Shown here: one piece after another, positions 19,410-30,921 of the stretch
Layout of the letters: each line of letters begins with the position of its first letter
Numbering within the stretch: the stretch's first letter is position 1
Assembly: GCA_046758445.1 (NCBI GenBank)
Contig: JBHIAE010000012.1
Coordinates: 1 to 64,000 of the forward strand
Direction of reading: 5' to 3'
DNA: 64,000 bases
From: Candidatus Thorarchaeota archaeon
GTDB lineage: Archaea; Asgardarchaeota; Thorarchaeia; Thorarchaeales; Thorarchaeaceae
Position numbers and translations under genes: made by a program
The notes under the pieces: generated by a model
What the model was told of the DNA's origin: nothing
The model's database searches: none
The model's input: the letters and a program-made list of their open reading frames with translations, nothing else

Positions 19410-20459
19410 CTAAGCCGCCCAGAATCGTATTCCAAGTGCATGACCACAATCAACGCATCTTCCATCTGTATCTGTACCAGTGTTCTTAGACCTGAAGCCG
19501 CTTCTTTGATAGACTAGCTTCTTGCACCCGGGGCATATCGTATCTTCGAGTCCTCTCTGCCATACGTTCCCGATATAGACGTATTTCAGCCCCTGCTTCC
19601 ATCCAATCTCTCTTCCCTTCAGTAGGACTTCGAGCGGAGTTTCCGGTTCTCTGTATTGGTAATGAGGATGGTATCGGTTCACGTGCCATGGAACATCCTG
19701 ACCAAGCTCGTCGACAATGCGACCAGCTATCTCTAGGAGGCACTCCTCCTCATCACTCAGCCCTGGAACTACCAGTGTCGTGATCTCGATATGAATTCCC
19801 TTCTCCTTCATCTGTGATAGGTTCGCCCATACGTGTTCAACATCGATACCACAGATTCTCTTGACACCTTCAGTGCAACCCTTGACATCTACATTAGCCG
19901 CATCAAGCCCGGCGTCCACCATCAGATCGAGTGCTGTGGGTGTCATGTACCCATTTGTGACGATTGTGTTATAGAGCCCTCTGTTCCGAGCCTCTCTGAA
20001 CACATCAATGTTCCATTCAAGCATCAGAGTGGCCGCCTCATTGAGCGAGATGGATGTTCCTTCGCTTCCTCCTGCAACTGCGAGATCCACAAATGTCTGA
20101 GGGCTCATGTAACGGGAGTTGGATGGTGATGGACTCGTCTTCGAAATGTGATGATTCTGACAGAATGAACATGTAGCATTGCATCGCCAACTCCCTACTG
20201 TGAGTGCCCTCGTACCAGGTGCGAAGTGAAAGAGTGGCTTCTTCTCGATTGGATTGTTGCTAAGTGATGAAACGTTTCCGTAGCATACTGTGTTTATGAT
20301 TCCATTGACATTCACACGAGTGCCACAGAGTCCTTCAGCTCCCTCGCCGAGCAAGCATCGATGATTGCAGGTCATACATCTGACGCCATTGTTCTGAACG
20401 CGTTGGAGCCGACCTTTCTTGACGACTTCTTGTTCGAAATCCTTTAGCCTGAACATCAC
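19410..20459 (-). CDS. amrS: AmmeMemoRadiSam system radical SAM enzyme
   Basis: CMTCNHRC, CGTR, PIEKKPLFHF, CNATCSFCQN, TNGY, YVYIGNV, CPGC. Confidence 0.88.
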   Translation of the reverse strand: MMFRLKDFEQEVVKKGRLQRVQNNGVRCMTCNHRCLLGEGAEGLCGTRVNVNGIINTVCYGNVSSLSNNPIEKKPLFHFAPGTRALTVGSWRCNATCSFCQNHHISKTSPSPSNSRYMSPQTFVDLAVAGGSEGTSISLNEAATLMLEWNIDVFREARNRGLYNTIVTNGYMTPTALDLMVDAGLDAANVDVKGCTEGVKRICGIDVEHVWANLSQMKEKGIHIEITTLVVPGLSDEEECLLEIAGRIVDELGQDVPWHVNRYHPHYQYREPETPLEVLLKGREIGWKQGLKYVYIGNVWQRGLEDTICPGCKKLVYQRSGFRSKNTGTDTDGRCVDCGHALGIRFWAA

Positions 20460-20602
20460 AAGCCTCTTTCAACCTTGACCGTTTTAGTTGTTGTCTAGCA
20501 TCTTGGGTCCTAAAGCAGTGCAGCCAAAACCCATTTAGAATGGCGTGAATCTTGTTTCACGGTCCGACCCCGTGTACGAAAAGCGATAGGCTGGTTATCC
20601 TG

Positions 20603-22474
20603 ATGCAAGGAGATAGGAGAACTGTTGTGGCTACCGCGATAGTCCTAATCCTGGTTTCATTAAGCTCTGCTAGCCTGCTCATAGTTGGATTTGGTTCTTA
20701 CTTGAACTTCGAGAACCCATATAGCTATGTTCCCACAAGACCCCGATCATCGATTGCTGGCACTGGCATGATCCCTCTTGCCAATCATACAGTAGTGTTC
20801 GTGCTGGATGGAGTCAGAGCCGACACCTTCTATGAAACGAATAAGCCACACATTGAAGCTCTGAGTGACTGGGCCAACTACACAGATGCTGAGTGTTCTA
20901 CTTTTCTGAGTCTAAGTCGTCCTGGACAAGGCGTGATCTCGTCAGGAGTGAACACAAGCGAGAGCCAAGTCATGAGCAATGATTATGAAGGGTTGTTTAC
21001 CGGGGACTCTCTCTGGAGTACGGCCATCAGGAATGCTGCCACGACCGCAGTTGTTGGAAGTGACGGCTGGTCTGAGCTGTTCGAACCCTGGTTGGATTAC
21101 TCCTTGACCTTCACAAACACGCACATCGGAGAAGCAACCTTACTCATCAACAAGACCGGTACAGAGTCCCATCAAGTTGCTCTCCCTAAATATCAGGACA
21201 GCCTGGTGGCTGAATATGCGCGTTTCGTCGTCGAGAGTCAGTTGCCCACGTTGATGGTGGTTCACTTCTCGGATACTGACACAGCAGGTCATGCCAACGG
21301 TACGACTAGTGAGTCCTACGTCAATGCGTTGAAGAATGAGGATACGTATATTGGAGAAGTGCTCGAGGCGCTTTCAGATGTAGGTGTATTGAACTCGACT
21401 CTGATTGTGATAACGTCCGACCATGGACAAATCGACGCTGTTCCGGGCAAGGGTCAACATGGAGGCACAGAGCCAGAGGTACTCCACATTCCTCTCCTTA
21501 TTCGCGGCCCTGGTGTGAAGGCCGGACTTTACGAGTCGCCTGCTCATCAGAATTCGATTGCCCCTACTGTGGCCTCAATCATGGGCTGGGAGGTTCCATC
21601 CGACGCATCAGGTACAGTCCTATTTGACTGCATCAACTTCTCGTCATTGCAGGAAGCCATTTACCGGATCAATCTGGCACAGATTCGTCTTCGACAGGCT
21701 TCAGCAAGGGCCACAAAGATGGGCTACCTCGAGTCGATAGAGGACCAAATAGTCCAAGCCGGAAACTATCTCACCAATGCACTGCAGAACTTCGACGCCT
21801 CCGACTACTCTTCAGCCATCGCGGATGCTGTTTCGTCAGAGAGTGACTCTAGGACAGTCCTAAGTATCACTTGGGAAGCCAAGATTCAGCAAGAAGTGAG
21901 TTCACGAACAGGGTTTTCAGCGATTGTAATAGTTGTCCTTGCAGGCTTCGTGTTCTTCCTTGGTCGCAAGCCCAATTCTCCTCTGAGAAGGATTGGCGAC
22001 AATCGTGTGGGGCTTGCAGCAACTATCATAGCAGCTGCAACCTATCTCGCCGTCTTCTACGTTGTAGTCGCGGTGAGTGGATGGACGTTCTCTGTCAGCA
22101 CGATTGCAACCTCCGTAGAGGGCTATGTGTTGAAAGCGTTCCTTCCACCTCTGATTGGCATTGTGTTCGGCACGGCAATCGTGTTTCTTATGGAGCGACA
22201 ACTCCGTGGAAGAGAGAAACCAGAAGAAGGGTTTGTCGCTAGGACATCTCAATTCATTGCCCTGACGATTCTGATTCAGTTCGGAGTTGTAATGTATTTC
22301 GTCATCAGGAACGGTCCAGGACTCCCATGGTATGCAACCGGTGTCGAGGAGCAGTTACTCTACTTCTTTCTGTGTATCTCTACCATTGCCTTTGTAGTCT
22401 ATAGTATTGTTGTCATTCTTGTCGGGCTGTCCGTATCCCGCATCATGAAACGGTCACAGATAGATGCGTATTGA
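20603..22474 (+). CDS. membrane-bound alkaline-phosphatase-superfamily enzyme (phosphoethanolamine/phospho-transferase-like)
   Basis: N-terminal TM, LDGVRAD, SLSRP, HFSDTDTAGH, TSDHG, HGG; about 5 C-terminal TM. Confidence 0.8.
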   Translation: MQGDRRTVVATAIVLILVSLSSASLLIVGFGSYLNFENPYSYVPTRPRSSIAGTGMIPLANHTVVFVLDGVRADTFYETNKPHIEALSDWANYTDAECSTFLSLSRPGQGVISSGVNTSESQVMSNDYEGLFTGDSLWSTAIRNAATTAVVGSDGWSELFEPWLDYSLTFTNTHIGEATLLINKTGTESHQVALPKYQDSLVAEYARFVVESQLPTLMVVHFSDTDTAGHANGTTSESYVNALKNEDTYIGEVLEALSDVGVLNSTLIVITSDHGQIDAVPGKGQHGGTEPEVLHIPLLIRGPGVKAGLYESPAHQNSIAPTVASIMGWEVPSDASGTVLFDCINFSSLQEAIYRINLAQIRLRQASARATKMGYLESIEDQIVQAGNYLTNALQNFDASDYSSAIADAVSSESDSRTVLSITWEAKIQQEVSSRTGFSAIVIVVLAGFVFFLGRKPNSPLRRIGDNRVGLAATIIAAATYLAVFYVVVAVSGWTFSVSTIATSVEGYVLKAFLPPLIGIVFGTAIVFLMERQLRGREKPEEGFVARTSQFIALTILIQFGVVMYFVIRNGPGLPWYATGVEEQLLYFFLCISTIAFVVYSIVVILVGLSVSRIMKRSQIDAY

Positions 22475-22492
22475 ACATAGGCACTCGTAGGA

Positions 22493-25400
22493 CTAGTCGG
22501 ATGCAGAGGGGTCCGAGCTTGCTTCGCTTTCTGCTCGAGCTCTGAGCTCCTCGATTCTCGTTGTCACTAGGTTCTCATTCTCGATAGCTTCCATTATGAT
22601 CTTGTAGACCCTTGCTTCTTCTAGTCCACAAGAGGTCATCTCGCTAGCCAGCTCTTCGAGCTCGAAACCGTCCGTCTTGTCAATCTTGATTATGCGCTCT
22701 TCTATGCACTTGGTCTTCCTCGGGAATCCCCTGAGCTCGGCCACCTTGTACTCCCTCAGAAGGCGACCATCCAAGATATCGTCGAAGAGTGTTTCGAATT
22801 GGATGATGGTCCAATCATCAAGGGTCCTGACTGGGGGTTCAGTGAACATGTTGTCAAACACAAATCCCACAGTTTCGGCGAACTCAACCATTCTCAATTC
22901 TTGACTCCTTGAGGGCGCCGACAATGAAATGAATGCGCAGATCAGGTTCTGAGTGGCCACTGTCCTGATGATGTCCGAAATCGGGGTCACAACCCAATCC
23001 TCTTGGTCGACGTCGAACTCAGACCGAAACGTGCTGATCGCACTGACGAATCCAGACACAAGACTCTCGTCCAGACCTCCCTTCACCATCTTCGAGAAAA
23101 CCGGAATTCCAGTGTGTTTGTGCAGTACAATGACCCCAAGAAGGCTCCTTACGTCATCAAAGCGTCTCTTGACAGTCATCGCTTCGAGGTTTCTTTCTCT
23201 CTGCCTTCTGATATACACCCTGCGTCCAGCAAAACCAACCACAGCCGCCACAGCCAGTGCCAAGAACGGGAATAAGCGTTGGAATGTTCTTGTCAACACT
23301 CCAAGCTCACTGACAATTGGAACGAAGGTTGCTTCGAAAACGCCTCCCTCAAGCTCATGATTCTCTCTTGTGACATAGACTCTCAATGATGAAGTACCCT
23401 CAGCACTTGGCATTGTGATGCTAGCAGTGTACACGCCTGGACTTGTTTCAACCATTTCTTCGAGGAGGCCAGGCCCTAGTTCTGTGACTATCTGAAACTC
23501 AACTGTGGCTCCAGACACGGCAGTCCCCGTGTCCGAATCAATTACCCTCAGGCTCAGCGTTGTTGGTAGGCCCTCAGTTGCCGTTAGTCCTTGAACGTCG
23601 ATTATCTGCATGGTGACATATTTGACAATAAGCGTGAAACCAACAGTCGAGTTCTGATAGTTCTCTAGATATGCCCTGAATGCAATCTGATAAGTGCCGG
23701 TATCAGGTGCTTCCACAGTGATATTGTAGAGGCCTCCTGTTAAATCGAGAAAGCTGTGAATGGAAAGACCCTCTGGTGGGCTCAACGCAAGTATCTGTGC
23801 GCCTGCCAGTCCATGGGACAGATCATCTTCAAGAGCGAACTGAATAGTATAATCTTGGTCTGCAGAGATGGTTGCCGTAGACGCATCCAAGACTAGGACT
23901 GTGGGTATCTCACTTACTGTGATTGTGAAGGTTGCGAAATGTGTTTCATGATTAGTTAGGTTAGCCTTCACAACCAACGTAAAGGTCCTCGCTGATGACA
24001 AATCCAAAAGAACTGAGTAGTAGCCATCAAGAACGTAGGTGGCATTGTCAAAGGTAAGTCCTGAAGTCGGAGTGACATCTACTACGCTTACGTCTGCTCC
24101 AGATAGTCCGTAACCGGTGCTATTCTCATACCTAACCACAAGCCGGTACGTGCTACCAAGGCGGGCAAAGTTTGAAGTCCCGTTTGTCATAGTGAGGTCG
24201 GTCCCTATCTCACCAACAATGAGCGTGAACGTGTCAGAACCATTGTAGTGATAGTTCTTTGAGGCCGTAAGTGTGACCGTATACGTTCCCGATTTCGTGC
24301 TGAACACTGTGACGAAGTAGTTTCCAGGGCTGCTGCTACTCTGATTAAGAAGACTCAATCCGCTTTCCGGCCCGGAGTAGTCCATGTGTATGGTAGCACC
24401 ATCGACTCCAGGCCCCCCTTCTAGCTCGAATCGCATATCCACAGTAGCGTTCTCATAGAGTCCGACTTCGACTGGCAATCCGCCGACTGAAGTGAGTTGA
24501 CATTCCGTTCGATATGTAGAAGTAATGACAAACTGGCATGACACGTTCTCAAAGTAGGGTCTTCAGGCATTGACGACTACGACGTATCGACCGGACCCAA
24601 CCATAGACGTATCAAAGTCTGCCTCCCACCAGTTCCTCACAAGATTGGGGGAGAAGCCAATAGTTGAGGTTGACCAATTGCCCTCTATGACAGCAGAACC
24701 ATCCATTAAGTAATCCCCATTGTCGTTGTCAACGTAATAGATCATGTTTGTAATCAGCTGACCAGTGTCTGCATTCACTTCTGATTGGTGAGGGGTGAGA
24801 GTTGCACTGTGATACATGTCAAATGAATAGTGTCCAAAAGCGATCTCAGTTCCGTTTGTCCACGCTACCTTGACTTGCCATTGCCCAGCTGTTGTATTGA
24901 TACCACCAAGTGTGAAGGATGAGCCATTCACAACTCCGTTGCTCATCGTGATTACTGAGTCCATAGCCCAGACGGTTCCGTTGGGCATAGCCCACGACAT
25001 GTTCACAGGTTCACCTTGGAGTGGAGTCGTGATGGGAGTACCTATCTCTACTTGGGTTCTAGTAACGTTGTCCACACCGAAGACCGTGCTCTCAATCCAT
25101 TGCCCTATGCCCACGTCCCAAATCTGTACCGGCGTGTCCTTTGCGTAATTGGGTGCCTGGAGCCTTATCTCCCACCATCCAACACGGTCCAGAAGGCTAG
25201 TCGGTACTTCAATCAGCCCCGCACTCACGTTACACTGACTAGTGATATCGTTTAGAAGCGGGTCTAATACCGTGGCATTTTTCCAGTCCCTAGGATATCG
25301 GATGTCCTGGGTTAGATTCTCATAGCTTCCCGAAGATCCAACATAGGTGAAGAAAGCCAGGTCTGCACTCTGGCCCAATGTCACGGAATACGTGACTCCG

Positions 25401-26589
25401 TGCTTTGATGGATCTGTAGTCCAAGAGGCGTTTACATAGCGCTGAGACAGTACAGTGATCTCGTAGTCAAAGGATACTGTGGTATTAGATGTGACCTCGA
25501 CCTGCAACGGGGTCTGTGTCCAGTGGCTCGGATTCGTGATCGATGCAGTCCCTTGCGAACCGAGGCCCGAAACTGCCCTCGACAAGGACTCCACATGAAA
25601 GACGAAGTCTACTTCTTCAAAACCGGGAGGAGTTGTGCTAGTAAACGAAATATCATCTAAGTCGAGTACTATTGATGCCGCGTTGGCTTCTCCATCAGGA
25701 AATCCATCGTCATCGTAGTCTCTGTCAGCATAGAGCACCAAATCATTGTATTCTATAAGCAGTCCTATCTCGAGCTGGAAGTTGGCCGGAGCTCCAGGAA
25801 GATTGACGTGAAGGTCACTTATTGTGTACCAAGTATTCCTAGAGTCAAGTGTGAGCAGACTCAGATAGTAGCCATCGGTGTGCACCCATATTATGAGTTC
25901 AGGATCACCATTCAGTGGGTCTAGATCGTCACCTTCAGGATCGATTGGGCCACTGTTCAGTCGAAAGTCTAAACTCAGATAGAAGTCCTCAGCATATGGA
26001 TTGTTGTTTATGGTCTGACTCCACAGAATCTCGGTATTTGCAAAATGCGTGTAACGTACTCCAAAGGACGGATGGTTATAGTACTCGCCCGTGTTATTCG
26101 TGGAAATACATCCTTCCACATCGTTGTGCTTTGTGCTTGTTTTCCTCCACTTGGATCGTATGTAGAACCAACCCAGGGCGAAGTACCATCCTCAAAGGTA
26201 CCATTAAGTGCATAGAGCCGCCTGAGGTTCTCCACCTCGACACCCGCTTGACTTGCGAACCAACCATTCCCCTCATCGATTCTGACATTGGTCTTGACAT
26301 TTGTCCCGGTGTCAGTTCTTGCACGCAGAGTATCGGACACGAGATACCCCGTTTCTTTCACCTCAACCGGGTCGAGAATACCGTCCTGAGTTTCCTGTGA
26401 AATCGTGAACGTCTTCTCACCCACTCTTTCAAGCTCTGGATTGATGTTTCGAACAGTCTGTTGGGGAGGTGAGTTAACTGATGACGCATCAGGGTCTAGG
26501 AAAGGCACTGCGTCCGGGTCCGTCGTCGCGAGAGATCCAAGGAGCAGGATGACAAGGAGTCCAATGACTGCATGCTTTCCTATTCTCAT
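22493..26589 (-). pseudogene. giant receptor-like surface protein (signal peptide, Ig-like ectodomain, TM, cytoplasmic longin-like domain), interrupted
   Basis: three ORFs join: frameshift near 26120-26130 and in-frame TGA at 24563-24565 (VNA*RPYFENVSCQF); cytoplasmic LLGVIVLHKHTGIPVFSK...LVSGFVSAISTF. Confidence 0.8.
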
Positions 26590-26687
26590 CACGTTAGCCT
26601 CGAGAGAGTGGTTGAGGACTGCCACCTTGACCATGACGGAGTCGTATGACGTTCCAAGACAAGGCAGCCGTCGGTGCGTAGGATGAT

Positions 26688-27914
26688 TCATTTCGACTTC
26701 GATATTGGCACCAAACGCGTGTTCACGAAGTCTTCCAACTCTCTTGCTTTCTCAGGAATCATATTACCATATTTAGGACGGACTTTCCTGTATAGCTTGT
26801 ATACGACACTGAAGGTTCCTTCATCTTCTTCCAGCTCCCATCTTCCCACAATCTCTCCGTCAATCCAGATTGAGGGACGAATCTCGCCTGATGTGTTGGT
26901 AGCCTTGGTGGCAATGGTTGTGGGTATGGACACATCCGGAGGCCAGTAATGTTCTCTCAGATGTGGAAGGAGCTTCGACCGATTATCATTGCTCAAGTAC
27001 CAAGTCCGATCGATGAATGCTTTAGCAAGGTGGTCTTCATACGGGAGAAACCAGACCACCGGCTTGGAAGGGGTCTCGAGTGATTTAGCAATCTCAAAGT
27101 CGTCTGGTGCCATGAACATCTTTTCTGCCATGGTTTCGACTTCCACAATCTCGTCAGACAGTGACTCAATCGTGGCCCTTGCCTTGGTCTTTGTTATTGG
27201 CAACCACTAGGCAACATCATCGAGACAAACCGGTCCGAACCTGGTGACATAGAGGCGAATCACTTCTGTAATCGCAGCCTCCTCGGAGATATCTTGGTGA
27301 GTAAAGCCTCGAACCCATTTCTCAACGAGGGCATAGGCTGTGGTCGGATTTCGGGCATGACTTGCAGTGGCTCTGATTACTTTACCTGTGGTGGCTGCAA
27401 GCGTGAAGAGAGGTCGAATCTTTCTCGCATGGTCAGGAAGTAGTTTCTTTATCTCCCTCATCGTCTTGGGTCCATCCTCTAGGACTCCAAGCACACTATC
27501 CGTCAGCGATTGTAAGTCCTGATCACTGAGATCTCTGATGTCGGGATGCTGGCGCGTTCTCTTGTAAAGAAATGGTCCTGTAGCCCGTATCAACAAGGAT
27601 AGGTTGTCCACATGTACAACGTGAACTGTGGCCCGGAAGGCATTCAATCGGACCAGACGGTCACCGTTGTTGAGTGACCTGAAGACCGCTACTGCATCGT
27701 AGTCTCCAATTCTCGCCCAGACCGAAAGATAGGGTGTCCAGTAATCCGTGGAATGCAGTCCTAGCTGCTCTTTTGCAGCGCGGTAGAAGTCTGGTTTGTC
27801 TGTGTCTAGTGCGTACTGCTTGCGCATGTGGTTTATTCGGATCTGCTCTATGGTCAGGTTGGTGATAGGAGCAACCTCCTCTACTGGTCCAAGTCTGACG
27901 TTCGAACATATCAA
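26688..27914 (-). pseudogene. AlkZ/YcaQ-like winged-helix DNA glycosylase (HTH_42), split by in-frame TAG
   Basis: YLSVWAR, RATVHVV, RFGPVCLDDVA*WLP, FLPYEDHL, IDGEIVGRW; TAG at 27207-27209 in frame with 26688..27203. Confidence 0.8.
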
Positions 27915-28080
27915 AAGAACGGTTCGCTTTGAGAGTGTGAAATGGGGCAGACCAATGTCGCAACCCTCATGTACACTGTATTGTCAAAACCCACTAGCTG
28001 GTTGTTCCCCGACAGCCCAGACTTTGGGGTCCATGCCTTTGCTTGGGATGCACTTTTGGATCATCCACAGGATGGGAGGA

Positions 28081-28308
28081 CTACCTTGCAGCACCTACAA
28101 TCAGTAGGATAATGCCCAGTCCGAGAAGAATCAACATCAACTCGGAGAAGATGTAGCCGCCTAGGTCAATCGAGTATATGTTGAGCATATAGAAGTAGGC
28201 AGCAATCTCAGGCAGCAAAACTAGCGCATTCAAAATCAAGGGCAGAATCCCCAAGATTATGAGGATGAGTCCAAATAACGCGAGACCTTTACCCATGTCA
28301 GTTTCCAC
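28081..28308 (-). CDS. small 2-TM membrane protein
   Basis: hydrophobic 75-aa ORF with upstream TATA-like sequence. Confidence 0.7.
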   Translation of the reverse strand: METDMGKGLALFGLILIILGILPLILNALVLLPEIAAYFYMLNIYSIDLGGYIFSELMLILLGLGIILLIVGAAR

Positions 28309-28411
28309 TCCATGTGGTTGTAACCAGCTTACATCCGTACCATAAATAGCTGTGGGAGATAAAATGAGGGACTATTTCCACGTATTACATGAGCGAAGTG
28401 CGCCAGAACCG

Positions 28412-28876
28412 CTATTCAATCACGGAGAATGCAGTTTCACCAGTTACCGCCCTAGAGTGTCCGCGAATCTCCATGATTCTCGCACCGAATCCGCCAACAG
28501 TCGCACTGAAGAACCACAATTGATGAATCACTGCCATCGAAGGCGTCCAAGACAAGGGACTCCAACCGAGAAATGGCCCGATGAGTCCCCACAAGTAATA
28601 GTCGGCAGCCACTGAGAGGAATAGGAATACAACTCCTGCAGTCATTCCCTTCACAAGAGAACACATCTGGAATCTGAGGTTACATCCACCCCCGACCAAG
28701 TTACGATATGTAATTGGGATGACAGTGACTGGGACACCCACTAGGAAGGGAGTCCAATAGGACGAAGGTCCAACTAGCTGGCCAAGGAAGATTCCGATTA
28801 TCAAAAGAATAGGGAACAGCACAATCCAGTACTTCAGAATCCATAGCCAGGTTTCAATGTCAGATCGATCAATCAT
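28412..28876 (-). CDS. 4-TM hypothetical membrane protein
   Basis: RBS GAGGA; hydrophobic segments. Confidence 0.7.
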   Translation of the reverse strand: MIDRSDIETWLWILKYWIVLFPILLIIGIFLGQLVGPSSYWTPFLVGVPVTVIPITYRNLVGGGCNLRFQMCSLVKGMTAGVVFLFLSVAADYYLWGLIGPFLGWSPLSWTPSMAVIHQLWFFSATVGGFGARIMEIRGHSRAVTGETAFSVIE

Positions 28877-28977
28877 TCCTCTTCATCATTCCAGAGCCAT
28901 AATTGATACTAATGACTTCTTGGTTTAGGGCTCTTCTGGCTGATACAGACTTCATCATTTCATTGCGATTGAGGCTC

Positions 28978-29691
28978 TCAAAATCCAATGACAACCTTTC
29001 TTGCTGCACCTTTCTCGTAGAACAAGACCTGTTCAGCTTCAGTAACGAGACCAAAGCCTCCAAGAAATGGTGGCCTGTCCTCGTCAGTGACTCTTAGGCG
29101 TAGGTATGTGCTCTTTGCGATTACCAAGAAGAGGTCGTGTGTCACACAGGTGTGGAGAAGTCCCGGTTCGGTCCCTCTTGGAATACCAATAGTTCCCTTG
29201 AGAAGCCTGTTCTTGAATTCTCCGAAAGGCTCGATGCCTTCTTGTGGAAACAGTCCATCAGCCCAGTCGTTCACGAAGCTTGCCACTCCGACTCCGTCAT
29301 CTCCAACCCTATTCCAAAGCTCCAGGTCAATGACACGGGGTCCAATGAGGAGACCAAAGGACTTCACACGTTTTACCGTACCACCAATATCTCGAAACCC
29401 CTCGGCGATAGACTCAGCTGTCTGACGGCAACGAGGTATGAAGCTATGAAGTATCTGGATGTCCAACTCAACTGGAATCCTTTTGCCAAACTCCCTTGCC
29501 ATGTCATGTCCCAGTTCCGTGATTCCTGTTTCAGCCATCTCATCAAAGGTTCTGATGACTTCCCTATGAGAGCGTCTTATGGCTAGCAACGCTGGAGAAC
29601 TGTTCTTGACATTGGCAAGCCAGATGAGTAAGTTTCTTGCATTCTCGAGCCAATCCAGGTTCCGCCAATTCATTTCAACTTCTATCAACAT
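28978..29691 (-). CDS. histidine phosphatase family protein (catalytic RH reads RR)
   Basis: IRRSHRE, GITELGH, SFIPRCRQTA, VTHD. Confidence 0.75.
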   Translation of the reverse strand: MLIEVEMNWRNLDWLENARNLLIWLANVKNSSPALLAIRRSHREVIRTFDEMAETGITELGHDMAREFGKRIPVELDIQILHSFIPRCRQTAESIAEGFRDIGGTVKRVKSFGLLIGPRVIDLELWNRVGDDGVGVASFVNDWADGLFPQEGIEPFGEFKNRLLKGTIGIPRGTEPGLLHTCVTHDLFLVIAKSTYLRLRVTDEDRPPFLGGFGLVTEAEQVLFYEKGAARKVVIGF

Positions 29692-29808
29692 AAGGGCCTC
29701 CCAGTCTGGTGAAACCGAGGAGCATGAAGTCCATTTCGGGCTTATTTCACTTGGGTATGGATTGAATTCGGGAGGCAGGAGCTCCGAGAGTAGTGCTCCA
29801 ACTCGTTT

Positions 29809-30846
29809 CTATCTTGGAAACCTCATCCTGTCATTGTGAAAGACGTTAGGTGCGTAGGTTCTCGGCCACTCAGGCTTGTTGTCAAGTATCTTTTCTATCT
29901 GCTCCAGAACATCATTGGACAACCGGACATCCGATGCCCCTGCATTATCGATGACATGTTCAGGTTTCGTTGCGCCAACAATCGCTGCAGAGATCTCTGG
30001 CCGTCTGAGTATCCATGCAAGTGCTAGTTGACTCATTGTGATATCAAGGGAAGTGGCAATCTCTCCTAGGCGCTTCATCTTTGAGAGAGTCTGCTCATCC
30101 AAGTACTTCAAGAACCCGCTATCACGACTCCCCCTACTGCCTTCTGGGATTCCGTCATTATACTTCCCAGTAAGAATCCCCTGGTAAAGCGGGCTCCAAA
30201 CGGTGAAGCCCATCTCATGCGTCTTGGCAACTGGCATAATCTCTAGCTCGATATGTCTGAAGAGCATGTTATACATTGGTTGGTCTACGATTGGTTGGTG
30301 GGCGCCCATGTCTTTTGCTACGGCATTGACTCGTTCCAACTGAGCCGCCGTCCATGTCGACGTGCCCCAATAGTGGACACTACCGTTTCGTATGAGATCG
30401 TCCAGAACTGCAACTGTTTCCTTCATCGGTGTTGTATAGTCATATCGATGCATGTAGTAGATGTCAATGTAGTCTAGATCCAGACGTTGTAGGGTGCCAT
30501 CAATTGCATTCATGATGTTCTTCCTGTTCAGACCCCAATCAGTGATGGCGTCGCTAGTGGGCCAAAACACCTTGCTGGATATGACGATATTCTTTCGGTC
30601 AATCGTTTCTTCTGCCAGCCACTCGCCAATCTCTTGCTCGGCCCTTCCCCCGGCGTAGGCCTCGGCAGAATCTATGAAGTTGATGCCCTGTTCCACGGCA
30701 GTAGTCATGCACTTCTTGGCCACTTTGTTGTCAACAGTCCCACCATAGGTGAGCCAAGAGCCCAGAGATATCTCACTTATCTTCAGTCCACTCTTCCCTA
30801 CTTTTCGATACTTCACCGGATTTCCTCCGATGTCTTCCCAAGTCAA
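29809..30846 (-). CDS. aldo/keto reductase (Kv-beta/YghZ-like)
   Basis: SGLKISEISLGSW, DSAEAY, SSKVFW, YMHRYD, WSPL.QGILTGKY. Confidence 0.92.
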   Translation of the reverse strand: MTWEDIGGNPVKYRKVGKSGLKISEISLGSWLTYGGTVDNKVAKKCMTTAVEQGINFIDSAEAYAGGRAEQEIGEWLAEETIDRKNIVISSKVFWPTSDAITDWGLNRKNIMNAIDGTLQRLDLDYIDIYYMHRYDYTTPMKETVAVLDDLIRNGSVHYWGTSTWTAAQLERVNAVAKDMGAHQPIVDQPMYNMLFRHIELEIMPVAKTHEMGFTVWSPLYQGILTGKYNDGIPEGSRGSRDSGFLKYLDEQTLSKMKRLGEIATSLDITMSQLALAWILRRPEISAAIVGATKPEHVIDNAGASDVRLSNDVLEQIEKILDNKPEWPRTYAPNVFHNDRMRFPR

Positions 30847-30921
30847 GCTTAACTATATTAAAGATACTATATGTGAGGAAAAGTCGATGCATCGCTCCAA
30901 CCGACACCAAGCAGTTGAAAC

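Noticed and set aside
19410-20459. Complete AmmeMemoRadiSam system
   Set aside because: No AMMECR1 or Memo partner in the window; dispersed partners are not unusual.
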